NCBI GenBank assembly: GCA_963826525.1
Contig: CAWGXH010000003.1
Span: 1 to 64,000, forward strand
Direction: 5' to 3'
Length of the DNA: 64,000 bases
DNA from: an uncultured Methanomicrobiaceae archaeon
GTDB lineage: Archaea; Halobacteriota; Methanomicrobia; Methanomicrobiales; Methanoculleaceae
Below, one piece after another: positions 40,331 to 51,027 of this stretch. The notes under the pieces are model-generated. The model was given only the letters and a program-made list of their open reading frames with translations. It searched no databases and was not told the DNA's origin. The position numbers were made by a program, and so were the translations under genes. Each line of letters starts with the position of its first letter. Positions within the stretch are counted from its first letter, which is position 1.

Positions 40331-41254
40331 ATGAAGGTTGTAGTTCTTGGTGCGGGGGCGGTCGGTCTCACCGTCGCCGCGAAGCTCTCGGCTGTCTGTG
40401 AGGTCCACGCGGTCTGCCGGAAACGCCATGCCGACCGCATCAGAGAGCGGGGGCTCCTCCTGACCGGCATCTGGGGTGAGGGCACCTACCGCTTCAGCTG
40501 CTCCGAAGACCTTCCGGAAGGGTATGATGCGGACTACTATATCATCACCTCCAAATCCACCGGCACGGAAGCGATCTGCAGGGAGTATGCCGATGAGATC
40601 CGCGGCCGCGAGGTGGTCAGCCTCCAGAATGGCATCGGCAACGAGGAGATCATCGCCCGGTTCACGGGCCGCGTCATCGGCGGCATGATCATCACCGGCT
40701 TTGAGTGGCGCGGCGATGCGGCGGTGCACGTCTCCGTGGAGGCCGCTCCGATGAAACTCGGACGGTTCCCGGAAGGGATCGATGATTCGGTCATGCGGCT
40801 CGTACGTCTTATCGAGAGTGCGGGGATGAATGCCCTCCCCGGTGGGGAGATCCGGAGCGATATCTGGTCGAAGACGCTCTACAACTGTGCCTTAAACCCG
40901 CTCGGCGCTCTCGCCGACGTCGCTTACGGGAAACTTGCCGACCCGCACGCCTGGCGGATCGTCACCGAGCTCGTCCGGGAGGTCTGCCTGGTGGCGGAGG
41001 CGGAGGGCGTCCGGCTTCCCTGGAAGACCCCGGGCGAATACCTTGCCTTCCTCAGAGACGTCCAGCTGCCGGCGACTGCGGCGCACCACTCCTCGATGCT
41101 CCAGGATCTCAAAAGCGGGAGGAAGACCGAGATCGACTTTTTGAACGGAGCGGTGGTCTCCCGGGGCCGCCTGCACGGCATTCCCGTGCCCTACAACGCC
41201 TGCATCACCGAACAGATCCGGTTCCGCGAGGAACTCGGGCGGGAAGGAAGGTAG
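40331..41254 (+). CDS. panE: 2-dehydropantoate 2-reductase (PanE/ApbA family)
   Basis: GAGAVG, SLQNGIG, WSKTLYNCALNP, SSMLQD...KTEIDFLNG. Confidence 0.9.
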   Translation: MKVVVLGAGAVGLTVAAKLSAVCEVHAVCRKRHADRIRERGLLLTGIWGEGTYRFSCSEDLPEGYDADYYIITSKSTGTEAICREYADEIRGREVVSLQNGIGNEEIIARFTGRVIGGMIITGFEWRGDAAVHVSVEAAPMKLGRFPEGIDDSVMRLVRLIESAGMNALPGGEIRSDIWSKTLYNCALNPLGALADVAYGKLADPHAWRIVTELVREVCLVAEAEGVRLPWKTPGEYLAFLRDVQLPATAAHHSSMLQDLKSGRKTEIDFLNGAVVSRGRLHGIPVPYNACITEQIRFREELGREGR

Positions 41255-41259
41255 GTTCC

Positions 41260-41871
41260 GTGCGTTCGGCTGTCGTCCTTGTCGGTGGTGAGGCACGCCG
41301 TGCCGGCGGCCGGGAGAAGTACTTCTTCACCTACCATGGAAAGACCTTCATCGACCGTCTCCTCGATACGTTGCATGAGGTCGTGGATGAGGTCGTGGTG
41401 GTGGCTCGCGACCCCGATCAGTGCGAGCGGTTCGCCGAGATCGAGAGCATCAGGTGCATCCACGATCTCCGGCAGGGCATCGGGCCGATCGGCGGCCTGC
41501 ACGCGGGTTCGCGGGCGGTGCACGGGGAGCTGCTCTTCGTCGCAGCCTGCGACATGCCCTGTGTCAACCGCAATGTCATAGAACTGCTCTTTGACTGCAT
41601 CGACGATTTCGACGCGGCTATTCCCTGCTGGAACCGGGATATGCTCGAACCGCTTCATGCCGTCTACCGGAGGTCGGCACTCCTCGACTACCTGAACGAA
41701 CACGAGTCGCTCTCACTCCGGACGATGGTCAGGAACCTCAACGCCCGCTATGTGGCCATGGACCGTATCCGGCAGCTCGACCCGGAGCTCCGCACCTTCG
41801 TCAACATCAATAAGCTCGAAGAACTCGGGGAGATCAACCGGCTGGCCGCCGATCAGGAAGAGCGTTCGTAG
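41260..41871 (+). CDS. mobA: Molybdenum cofactor guanylyltransferase
   Basis: LVGGEARRAGGREK, GPIGGL, ACDMP, EPLHAVY, NIN. Confidence 0.9.
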   Translation: MRSAVVLVGGEARRAGGREKYFFTYHGKTFIDRLLDTLHEVVDEVVVVARDPDQCERFAEIESIRCIHDLRQGIGPIGGLHAGSRAVHGELLFVAACDMPCVNRNVIELLFDCIDDFDAAIPCWNRDMLEPLHAVYRRSALLDYLNEHESLSLRTMVRNLNARYVAMDRIRQLDPELRTFVNINKLEELGEINRLAADQEERS

Positions 41872-42283
41872 CCCCGCATCTGCGGGGTGCCGCGGATCGC
41901 GACCGGAGCGGGCCTGGCAAACCCGGTGCGCGACATAAATGCTCTCCGCTCTTCATTCAGAGTATCTAGGGGCTTCGTTTACAAATCAGGGGTTCTCCGG
42001 TGTAGCATGGTTTGGAAACTCCCGCCTCCGGCACTTTTGCAGGATAGAAACCTTTAGGTGAAAAGGCCTGTTCTTCATCCTTCTTTATTTAAAAAACTTG
42101 GTTATCTTCGCACAATTGTTCAGGACTTGTCGTTAACGGGAACCTATAAATATATTCCTGATCAGTGACGGTTCCATGACTATGGGGGAAAGCGCGCCAG
42201 TATACCGTAATCCTGCCTCTCCAGAGGCAGCCAGACCTGCCGGCGGCAGTACGCAGACTCGCCCTCCCGATCGGAAGAGGCCG

Positions 42284-43435
42284 ATGACAGGGCGACTCCG
42301 TCCCGTACTATTCTTTTGCGGGCTGCTTCTCCTTGCCATGCTGTTCTGCGGGACTGCCTCGGCAGAAGAGGCTCCTTACGGGCTCCTCTGGAAGGTCAAC
42401 CTGACCGCTCCCGTATCCGGGATGGGCATCTCGTTCGACGGCTCGACGATAGCGGTCGGTGCGGGGAGCACGCTCTCTCTCTTCGACAAAAACGGGCAAG
42501 AGCTCTGGTCGAAACCGATCGGCGGTCGGATTCAGGGCGTCGGGCTCTCCCCCGAAGGCTCGCACATCGGTGTCGCCGCCGACAAACTCTACCTTTTCGA
42601 CCGCGAAGGCAACCTGCTCTGGACGGAGAAGAGCAATAACTTCCCCTACCATGACGTCGCCCTCTCTTCGAATGCATCGAATATTGCCGGCGCATGCGAC
42701 GACGGTATGATTTACGTCTTTGATCCCGAGCAGGAGGTGCTCTGGAACGCAAGCCTCGGCGCCGACTGCTACGGGATCGCCATCTCGAACGACGGAAAGT
42801 TCATTGCCGCGGGGTGCGGCGATCAGGGTGTCTACCTCCTCCTGAACGGTGAGGGGACACTCTGGAGTTACGGCACCGGCAGGGCGGTGGCAAGCATCGG
42901 GATGTCGCCGACCGGCGGCTATATTGTGGCTGGTTCTCTCGACCGGTGTGTCTATTTCTCAACCCGGGGAGGCGACCACCTCTGGAAGTATCCTACCTCC
43001 CTGCCGATCCATGGGGTTGCCGTCGCCTCGAACCAGGGCGGCGTCGCCGCCGGGTCGGGTGATACCGTCTACCTCTTTACAAACGACGGCAAGATTACCT
43101 GGAAGTACCGGGTGGGAAGTCCGATCGAGGACCTCGAGATCTCGGCAGATGGCTCGGTCGTGGCCGTCGGAACCGGGATAGGTGGCAACAGCCTCTACCT
43201 CTTCACGAACGATCAGGCCCTTCTCGGGGGGAATACAACCGAAACGGACGATGATCAGGAGTTCGGAGATGAGATGGCGGTAAATATCTCTGAAAACCGG
43301 ACCTTTGATGCCGGAGAGGAGAATGTATCGGTATCTGCAAACGCCTCCGGCACCACGGGACCCGCCGCCGGGCTGCTCGCCTGGCTTGACAGTCTTCTAA
43401 GCATCCTCTTCAACCGTGCACCCGGGGAGTTTTAG
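42284..43435 (+). CDS. Secreted/surface WD40/PQQ-like beta-propeller protein
   Basis: Signal peptide ending TASA; ~7 repeats of ISxDGxxIAAG...YLFDxxGxxLW; acidic linker; amphipathic C-terminal helix. Confidence 0.85.
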   Translation: MTGRLRPVLFFCGLLLLAMLFCGTASAEEAPYGLLWKVNLTAPVSGMGISFDGSTIAVGAGSTLSLFDKNGQELWSKPIGGRIQGVGLSPEGSHIGVAADKLYLFDREGNLLWTEKSNNFPYHDVALSSNASNIAGACDDGMIYVFDPEQEVLWNASLGADCYGIAISNDGKFIAAGCGDQGVYLLLNGEGTLWSYGTGRAVASIGMSPTGGYIVAGSLDRCVYFSTRGGDHLWKYPTSLPIHGVAVASNQGGVAAGSGDTVYLFTNDGKITWKYRVGSPIEDLEISADGSVVAVGTGIGGNSLYLFTNDQALLGGNTTETDDDQEFGDEMAVNISENRTFDAGEENVSVSANASGTTGPAAGLLAWLDSLLSILFNRAPGEF

Positions 43436-43545
43436 GATCGCGATAGGGGGACGGCAGGCCTTCCCCCTCCCGGCATCCCTATGCATGCCCGAAACGGCGA
43501 CCTTCCGTGAAAGGGTTCCTCGGCGGCGTTTACGGGGAGGAGAGG

Positions 43546-44310
43546 TCAGAGGGTTTTTTTCTGCCCGCTCGCATCCCGTGTATAGTGCCCGAACTCGCTT
43601 ACGAGCAGCCGATCGCCGGTGAAGACCGGTCCGTCGCGGCAGACCCGGAGTCCGCCCGGATCGGTGCAGCAGGAGCCGCAGATGCCGATGCCGCACTTCA
43701 TGTAACGGTGGAGGGAGAACTGGCCGCGGTCGGCGCACCCGTGCCGCTCGAGGATTGTGAGAACGGCGCGCATCATCACCTCAGGGCCGCAGACGCAGAT
43801 ATGGTCGAAGTCGATCGGATCGACTCGGCCGAGGAGATCGGTGACGAATCCGTGATGCCCGGCAGAGCCGTCGTCGGTGGCCGTAAAGAGGGTCGTCGTC
43901 TCCGCGAGCCGGTCCGCGAAGATCAGATCGTCCGCCGAGCGTGCACCGAGCAAAAAGACGTCGACCATACCCGCGGCGGCGAGGGGGTAGAGCGGGGATA
44001 CGCCGATCCCCCCGCCGATGGCAAGGGTTCTGCCCGTGACGGCAAAGCCGTTCCCGAAGGGCCCCCGGATCCCTATCCGATCCCCGACACCGAGGGCAAA
44101 GAGCGCCGCGGTGGCGTCTCCGACCTTCTGGACGGTGATGGCGTCGGGCGCGGAGAGCGCCATCGGGATCTCGTCGACGCCCGGCACCCAGACCATCACG
44201 AACTGGCCGGGGTTGAACGGTATCCCCGCGTCGAAGGTGAACGTCCGTATCGAGGGACTCTCCTCCGTGATCCGGGTGATGGTAACCCCGAGCGGCATCT
44301 GCTCACGCAT
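43546..44310 (-). CDS. pyrK: Dihydroorotate dehydrogenase electron transfer subunit
   Basis: PGQFVMVW, RGPFGNGF, GGGIG, CGPEVMM, CGIGICGSC...CRDGPV. Confidence 0.93.
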   Translation of the reverse strand: MREQMPLGVTITRITEESPSIRTFTFDAGIPFNPGQFVMVWVPGVDEIPMALSAPDAITVQKVGDATAALFALGVGDRIGIRGPFGNGFAVTGRTLAIGGGIGVSPLYPLAAAGMVDVFLLGARSADDLIFADRLAETTTLFTATDDGSAGHHGFVTDLLGRVDPIDFDHICVCGPEVMMRAVLTILERHGCADRGQFSLHRYMKCGIGICGSCCTDPGGLRVCRDGPVFTGDRLLVSEFGHYTRDASGQKKTL

Positions 44311-45190
44311 GGGCGCACCCCACAAGCCCGGCGGGTTCTTCCCCGTCCGGCGCGTAGAGGTCGCCTGCAATTCTCGCGAAGATCCCGATATCGTCCAGAA
44401 CAGCGCTCCCTATCTCGACGGCGCTTGCCCCGGCCATCATCATCTCTACCACGTTATCGGCGGTCGCAACGCCGCCGCACCCGATGATGGGTATCGAGCA
44501 GGCTTCGTAGAGGTCAAAGACGCACCGGACGGCTACCGGGAAGACGGCAGGCCCCGAAAGGCCGCCGAACCGGTTGCCGAGAACCGGCCGCCGGAGCGCC
44601 GTTGATATCCGCATCGCTTTTAGCGTGTTTATCGCGACGATCGCCGTTGCCCCGGCACGCTGCGCCGCCCGGCCGCATTCGGCGATATCGGTCACGTTCG
44701 GGGTGAGCTTCACCCAGGTGGGGAGGCCGAGGCGGCTGACGGCACGGGTGCATGCCTCCACGAGAGCCGGGTCGCTTCCGAGTGCCGCGCCGTAGCCCTC
44801 GGCGTGGGGACAGCTCACGTTCAGTTCAAAGCCTGCGGCCTGGTCGGCAAACCATCCGGCGACGGTGGCGAACTCCTCCGGGTTCCCCCCGAAGATGCTG
44901 ACGACCACGGGCCGGCCGCGGATCTGTTCGAGTTCGTGCACGAACCCGGACGAGGGGTTCGGGAGCCCCATGGCGTTGAGGACACCTCCGTCGACCGTCA
45001 CGACGCAGGGGCCGTGATGCCCGGCTTTCGGCTCGGGGCCGATGGACTTGGTGACCACCCCTCCCGCGCCGCTAGCAAGGATGCGGGCGAGTGAGGCTCC
45101 GGTTGTTCCGAGGATACCTGCCGCCAGCAGGAGGTGATTTTCGAGGCGCACACCTCCGACGTCGACAGGGCCAGGTTTGAGCGTAACCAT
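44303..45190 (-). CDS. pyrD: Dihydroorotate dehydrogenase class 1B catalytic subunit
   Basis: VTKS, NAMGLPNP, ELNVSCPH, KLTPN, INT, GGLSG. Confidence 0.95.
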   Translation of the reverse strand: MVTLKPGPVDVGGVRLENHLLLAAGILGTTGASLARILASGAGGVVTKSIGPEPKAGHHGPCVVTVDGGVLNAMGLPNPSSGFVHELEQIRGRPVVVSIFGGNPEEFATVAGWFADQAAGFELNVSCPHAEGYGAALGSDPALVEACTRAVSRLGLPTWVKLTPNVTDIAECGRAAQRAGATAIVAINTLKAMRISTALRRPVLGNRFGGLSGPAVFPVAVRCVFDLYEACSIPIIGCGGVATADNVVEMMMAGASAVEIGSAVLDDIGIFARIAGDLYAPDGEEPAGLVGCAHA

Positions 45191-45408
45191 TCTGAGAACA
45201 GCTTTGGCGTTACGTATTATTATAGTGTCGAGCCAATACTAGAGTAGAAAGACCGGAAAAATGTCCCCTCGGCGGGTTTTTTCCGTGATGGCGTCTCTTC
45301 GAACGGCGGGCAATCTTGCGTGGAGATTACCCGGCGGATACGGGGTAACCGAGATGAGCGACATTCTGGTTTTTTAATTCTTCATACCCCAATAGAGTTG
45401 TTGATAGC

Positions 45409-46276
45409 ATGACCAGCCTTGCAGTAATGGGAGTCGGGCGAGTGGGCGGAGAGACTGCGTACCTCGCCGCGGTGCTCGGCCTTGTCGACGAGATCATCCT
45501 GCACGATGTCTACGAACCCCTTCTTCGTGCTCAGGTTCTCGACCTTTGCCACACGGGGCTTGACGTTGCCGTCAGTACCCGATACGGGAGCGATGAGGGA
45601 TGCGGATATCTTTGTCTTTGCTGCGGGCACGCCGCGGAACCCGGCCATCAAGACCCGGGCGGATCTGCTTGAGGCGAACCTCCCCGTCGCCAGATGCTGC
45701 AGCAGGCACCTGAAAGGCTTTGAGGGGATCGTCATCACGATCACGAACCCCATGGACGTGAACAACTACGGCCTCTGCAAGCTCATGGAGATAGAAAGAC
45801 ACCGCTGCATCGGGTTTGGCGGCCAGCTCGACAGCGCCCGGTTCGACTGCATCCTCAATAGCGAGAACCTCCGCGGCCCTGCCGTCGTCCTCGGCGAACA
45901 CGGCGAACATCAGGTCCCGATCTTCTCCCGGACGGGCCAGGAGGTCGCCCCCGATCTTCGGGAGTCGATCGTCACCCGGCTCAGGGGTGCGAGCATGGAG
46001 GTGATAGCGGGCAAAGGCGGCACCGTCTTCGGGCCTGCCTGCCACATCGCCCGGCTCATCGGCGCGATCGTCCATGACCGGCGGGAGGTGCTGCCCTGTT
46101 CCTGCATCGTCGACGGCGAGTATGGGCTCTCCGGCTGTTCCATCGGCGTTCCCGCCCGTATCGGCCGGGAGGGTGTTCTCGGGATCGAGGAGTGGAACCT
46201 TGACTCCTGGGAGGCGGAGCGGATGCATGCCGCTGGAGAGTATGTCCGGGATCTTGCACGGAGGTTTGATGACTGA
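45409..46276 (+). CDS. mdh: Malate/lactate dehydrogenase family (MDH-like), frameshift near 45578
   Basis: GVGRVG, AGTPRNP..TRADLL, TNPMD, LDSAR, GEHG, KGGTVFGPA. Confidence 0.85.
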
Positions 46277-48723
46277 GGGGCTGCTCCGGGACGACGGCTG
46301 TGCAATTCAGGCCGGGGGCACTTCTGAAGATCGCGGCAGAATGCGATTTGGGATCCACCAGGTGGAGTACAGTGTCGGAGGCGAATGTCCGATCATTCAC
46401 CTCTTCGGCCGTGACTCCGCGGGCACCGCCGTTCGGCTCGATGTGACGGGTTTCCGCCCCTACTTCTACGCTCCCGTCGAACAGGTGGAGAGCCGCGGCC
46501 ACCCCGCGCAGGTTGATCTCGAGCCCGACACGGTGTACCGCTCGATACGGGGAAAACCGCTCCGCCGCCTCTATACCCGGCGCCCGAGCGATGTCCGGGT
46601 GGTTCGCGAGGGATATGAGCACTACGAGGCCGATATTCCGTTTGCGACCCGCTTCATGATCGACTGCGGGCTGACCGGCGGTGTGGAAGCGCCGGCAGGC
46701 CCCGTCGCCGACTACCATTCTCTCACCCCCGCCGACGTCCCTGCTCCCGCCCGCCACTGCATCATGGATATCGAGTGCGAGGATGAGCGGGGGTTCCCCG
46801 AACCCGAGCGCGATGCCGTCATCAGCGTCACCTGCTGGGACTCGTTCGACGACGAGTATGTGACGCTCGTCTGGCTTCCGGGCATGGCGGCGGATGCTCA
46901 AGGCACGTTCGAGCCCGATCTCTCCACGAGCGATGCGCACGCCGTCGTCCGGTTTCCGGACGAGGTCTCGATGCTCAAGGCGCTCGCCGCCTACGTCCGC
47001 CTTCGAGACCCGGATATTCTGAGCGGCTGGAACTTTATCGAGTTCGATGTTCCCTACCTCATGCGGCGGATGGAAGTCCTCGGGCTTTCGACCGAGTCTC
47101 TCTCCCGCCTCCCCGGGCAGACGGAGCGAAACGCCATCCGCGGGAGGGCGATATTCGATCTCCTCGCCGCCTACAAGAAGATGCACCAGTCGCAGAAGGA
47201 GTCGTACCGGCTCGATGCCGTCGGCGAGGAGGAACTCGGCATCAGGAAGGTCCGGTACGCCGGAACGCTCTCCGATCTCTGGCGGGACGACCCGGCAAAA
47301 CTTGTCGAGTACAACTGCCGGGACGTCGAGCTCTGCGTCGGGATCAATAAAAAGAATAATATCATCGAGTTCTACCGCGAGATCGCCCGGTACGTCGGCT
47401 GTCCGCTCGACCGGACGCTCAACAGTTCGAACGTCATCGACATCTACATCCTCCGGAAGTCCTCCGGGCAGTTTATTCTGCCTTCGAAGGGTTTCGCCGC
47501 CGGGGACGAGTTCGAGGGTGCCATCGTCTTCGAACCGGCGTCGGGCCTCCGCGAGAATGTGGTGGTGCTCGACTTAAAGAGCCTCTACCCGATGGCGATG
47601 ATGACGATCAATGCCTCGCCCGAGACGAAAGACCCGGCCGGAGATCTCCGGGCGCCGAACGGGATCCGGTTCAGAAAGAAGCCCGACGGCCTGACCCGGA
47701 GCATCATCGCCGAGCTCCTCGAGGAGCGTGACCGGAGGAAGCAGCCTCCGGAACACCTACCCGTTCGGGTCGCCCGAGTATGTCCTCCTCGACCTCCAGC
47801 AGAATGTCCTGAAGGTCATCATGAACACCTACTACGGCGTCTCGGGGTACGCCCGGTTCCGCCTCTACGACCGGGAGATCGGCTCTGCGGTCACCTCGGT
47901 GGGCCGGGCGATCATCCAGCATACGCGCGACGTGATCACCGGTATGGGGTATACCGTCCTCTACGGCGATACCGACTCGTGCATGATCCAGGTGCCGCCG
48001 GGCGACCTCGATGCGATCATCCGGGCATCCCGCACGATGGAGGAGACGCTGAACGCGAGCTACGCCGAGTTTGCCCAGGGCGTCCTCGGTGCCGACACCC
48101 ACTACTTCTCTATCAAATTCGAGAAGGTCTACCGACGGTTCTTCCAGGCCGGGAAGAAGAAACGCTACGCCGGCCATCTCGTCTGGAAAGAGGGAAACGA
48201 TGTCGACGAGATCGACGTCGTGGGGTTCGAGATCCGCCGGAGCGACTCGCCGCAGATCACGCGGGAGGTCCAGCGGACCGTGATCGAGATGATCCTCAAG
48301 GGCGACGGCTACGAGGACGTGCGCGCGTACCTGCGGGACGTCATCCGGAAGTATCGCAGAGGCGAGTATCCCCTCGATGTGGTCGGCATCCCGGGCGGGA
48401 TCGGCAAGAGCCTCGAGAGCTACGAGAACGACGATGCACAGATCCGGGGTGCCAAATACTCGAACGAGTATCTCGGCACCGACTTCAAGCGCGGCAGCAA
48501 GCCAAAACGCGTGTACATCCGGACCGTGACGGCGAAGTACCCGCGGACGGACGTTGTCTGCTTCGAGTATCCCGACCAGGTGCCCCCGGAGTTCGTCGTG
48601 GACTGGGAGACGATGCTCGATAAGACGTTAAAAGGGCCCATCTCCCGGATCATCGAGCCGCTCGGGTGGGGATGGCACGACGTCGACCCGTCGAGGACGA
48701 CGCTCTTTGATTTCGGCTCGTGA
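46269..48723 (+). CDS. polB: Family B DNA polymerase (frameshift near 47740)
   Basis: ExoI DIE, GWNFIEFD, DLKSLYP / QNVLKVIMNTYYG, YGDTDS, KKRY, GFEIRRSD; C-terminal PIP-like TLFDF. Confidence 0.95.
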
Positions 48724-48803
48724 CGGGTGAGCGGACACTCTGCCTGCCGTCTTCACCTGAAACGTATTTTAAGACTTAGTCCCGGAATTCGCCCTTCTCC
48801 TGA

Positions 48804-48848
48804 CTATCGCATCGTGGGGGAGGGATGGGGAGGGGGCGAGCCCCCTCC
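48804..48848 (+). repeat. Dispersed REP-like element, copy 3
   Basis: CTATCGCATCGTGGGGGAGGGATGGGGAGGGGGCGAGCCCCCTCC matches 25125-25168. Confidence 0.8.
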
Positions 48849-49017
48849 CGGCCGAGAACTTTTGCAGGCGACGATCTTCAGCCTTCGCCGCTTGCACTTC
48901 CGGGTACGCATCCTCCTCTCCGCTCCCCGGGAGGTACATCCCCGCGGCCTCGTCCCGTCATGTCCGGGATTCCCGCTTTCGTAACAATAAGAAAAATGTG
49001 TGGATGGGAACGTTAGG

Positions 49018-49449
49018 TTACGCGATTCCCTTCTGCTGCCGCTCTGCCTCGACGGCCTCGCTCCGCTTGAGGTTCTTGGTCCAGGCGATCCGGTTTCCAA
49101 GAACCTTGTAGGAGTCGAGACGGACGATATCGACACCCTCTGCGGCCAGAGGGACATCGGCGCCGGTCGGGACGACAAGAACCGCCCGGTCGACGGGCTT
49201 CTTCTGGCTTGCGAGACTGCGCGTCTGGCTCGCGAGCTGCTCCAGCGCGCTTGCCGGGATCGCCTTCTCCATCTTCACGCCGACGAGGACACGCTTGGTC
49301 TGCCCCTTCTCGCGGCGGGTGATTACACACTCGGGCTGAATTGCGCCGTAGTCAGGTTTCCACTCAAACTCCCAGCCCTCTCGGGGAGCATACTGTTTGC
49401 TCAGCGCCCTCATCACATCAAGGTACGTAGCATCTCGTGTAAAGCCCAT
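49018..49449 (-). CDS. Hypothetical protein (possible degenerate restriction-endonuclease-like fold)
   Basis: Clean 143-aa ORF with TTTTAAA TATA-like element upstream; QPECVI...VLVGVK pattern. Confidence 0.7.
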   Translation of the reverse strand: MGFTRDATYLDVMRALSKQYAPREGWEFEWKPDYGAIQPECVITRREKGQTKRVLVGVKMEKAIPASALEQLASQTRSLASQKKPVDRAVLVVPTGADVPLAAEGVDIVRLDSYKVLGNRIAWTKNLKRSEAVEAERQQKGIA

Positions 49450-49616
49450 TAAGTATACCTCTCGTTTACTGTATATGTGCCGAATAATTTAAAAGTTATA
49501 GTTCCTGATGCGGCATGCCCCTCCGGTTCCGGAAGGATCGCTCTTCGGGGGGATCGGTGGGACAGGGAAATATATTTAGCGTATCTTGGTCATTACGTTC
49601 GCTTGAGGTAATCCGT

Positions 49617-50252
49617 ATGGAACAGGCGAAGGTAACTCACAGTGATGTCGTCGAGGCGTACGACAGGATTGCACGGGAGATTCTGGGACGGCCGGAGAGC
49701 GCTCCGAACGCGATCCATAATACGCTGCTCAAACTGGCGGAGACGCACCCCGGTACGGTGTACTGGATCACGCGAAAGTTCTTCCAGGAGTATCTCAAAC
49801 TCTACGTCGCCGATACGGGATACATCGGCATTGCCGACCGGTACGTCCCCGGAATGCTGTATCCGGGGGACTTGGTCTTCTACATGCTTCCGGAGAACCT
49901 GCAGGAAGGCGATATCGTCCAGGTGATCTTCACCGATCAGGACGAGATGCGGGTGTATGTCGTTCATGGAAAGGTTCTGTCCCTGCGTGAGGACGGTTCG
50001 GTGGAGGTGGCGGATATCAAAAGCGGAGACGCGTACACGGTCGTCCCCTGGAACCTCCTCGGCAAGCTCGCAAGAGTCGTTCCCTTCCGCTCCGACGAGT
50101 GGAACGACCTCTTCCCGAAGGCAGGTGTGCCGGAGGACTGGATTACGACCGCCGTTGAGGAGACTATCAGGAGCGTGCAGGACTCCGGTATGGAGGATAC
50201 GGAAGCGGTGATGAGCGAACTCAAAAGCCGCCTTGCGGATCTTGTGCACTAG
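49617..50252 (+). CDS. Hypothetical protein with S24/S26 peptidase-like segment
   Basis: GAGGT RBS; MLYPGDLVF...LQEGDIV...VVHGKV...VVPWNLLGKL..VVP. Confidence 0.7.
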   Translation: MEQAKVTHSDVVEAYDRIAREILGRPESAPNAIHNTLLKLAETHPGTVYWITRKFFQEYLKLYVADTGYIGIADRYVPGMLYPGDLVFYMLPENLQEGDIVQVIFTDQDEMRVYVVHGKVLSLREDGSVEVADIKSGDAYTVVPWNLLGKLARVVPFRSDEWNDLFPKAGVPEDWITTAVEETIRSVQDSGMEDTEAVMSELKSRLADLVH

Positions 50253-50339
50253 TCCGGCTTCACTCTCTTTTCTCTCCACCCGGGCAATCGGCGATGCAGA
50301 ACGGAAGCGTTCATCACGCTCCCGGGCGACGAATACTGT

Positions 50340-50975
50340 ATGAGTATATCTGCAGAAGGGGCGTCGCTCTCCACCGATTCCGGTGGGATGAGCACCCATC
50401 GGCTCGAAGCACTGACCGACGGGATCTTCGCCATCGCGATGACGCTCCTCGTGCTGAACATCGACGTTCCCGATGTTCCTCTGGAGACGGCTGCAAGCGC
50501 CGTCCCGGCCTTTCTCTTCTCGAACTGGCCGCAGTTCACCAATTATGCGGTTGCGTTCTTCGTGCTTGCCGGGTTCTGGACAGCCCATCATAAACAGTTC
50601 CACTCGATCCGGCATGTAAACGAGCCTCTGCTCTGGCTGAATGTCCTCTCGCTGCTCTTTGTTGCCCTCGTCCCGTTTACGACGTCGCTCTCCGGGGATT
50701 ACGACCGCGTCCTCTTATCTGCCGTCATCTTCGACGTGAACTTCCTGATCCTCGGCATCATCTACCTGGGGCAGTGGCTATATGTCTCCCGCGAACGGGA
50801 GCGGTTTCTGCACGAGAGTGTCGACGGGCATCGCATTGTGCGGGCGAAGAGGAGGCTTCTCGTCCTCCCTGCGGCTGCCCTTGCGGCGCTTACGATTTCG
50901 TTTTTCATTGCTCCCGGGCTGAACGGGTTTGGCTATATCATCATTCCTGTCCTGCTCACCGCCCTCCGCAGGTGA
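50340..50975 (+). CDS. TMEM175-family potassium channel
   Basis: RLEALTDGIFAIAMTLLVL, FWTAHH, LWLN...VPFTT. Confidence 0.92.
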   Translation: MSISAEGASLSTDSGGMSTHRLEALTDGIFAIAMTLLVLNIDVPDVPLETAASAVPAFLFSNWPQFTNYAVAFFVLAGFWTAHHKQFHSIRHVNEPLLWLNVLSLLFVALVPFTTSLSGDYDRVLLSAVIFDVNFLILGIIYLGQWLYVSRERERFLHESVDGHRIVRAKRRLLVLPAAALAALTISFFIAPGLNGFGYIIIPVLLTALRR

Positions 50976-51027
50976 CGGGAGAGTCACCCGCCGAACCTTT
51001 TTGAACTCAGCCGTTATCCTGCATCAC

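Noticed and set aside
41872-42283. AT-rich intergenic stretch as replication origin
   Set aside because: No repeated ORB boxes and no cdc6/orc gene; better explained as the promoter region of the beta-propeller gene.
16613-48723. topA, polB, xpd and others as pseudogenes / reductive evolution
   Set aside because: Each has one clean indel with all catalytic motifs preserved; essential genes, so treated as sequence error.
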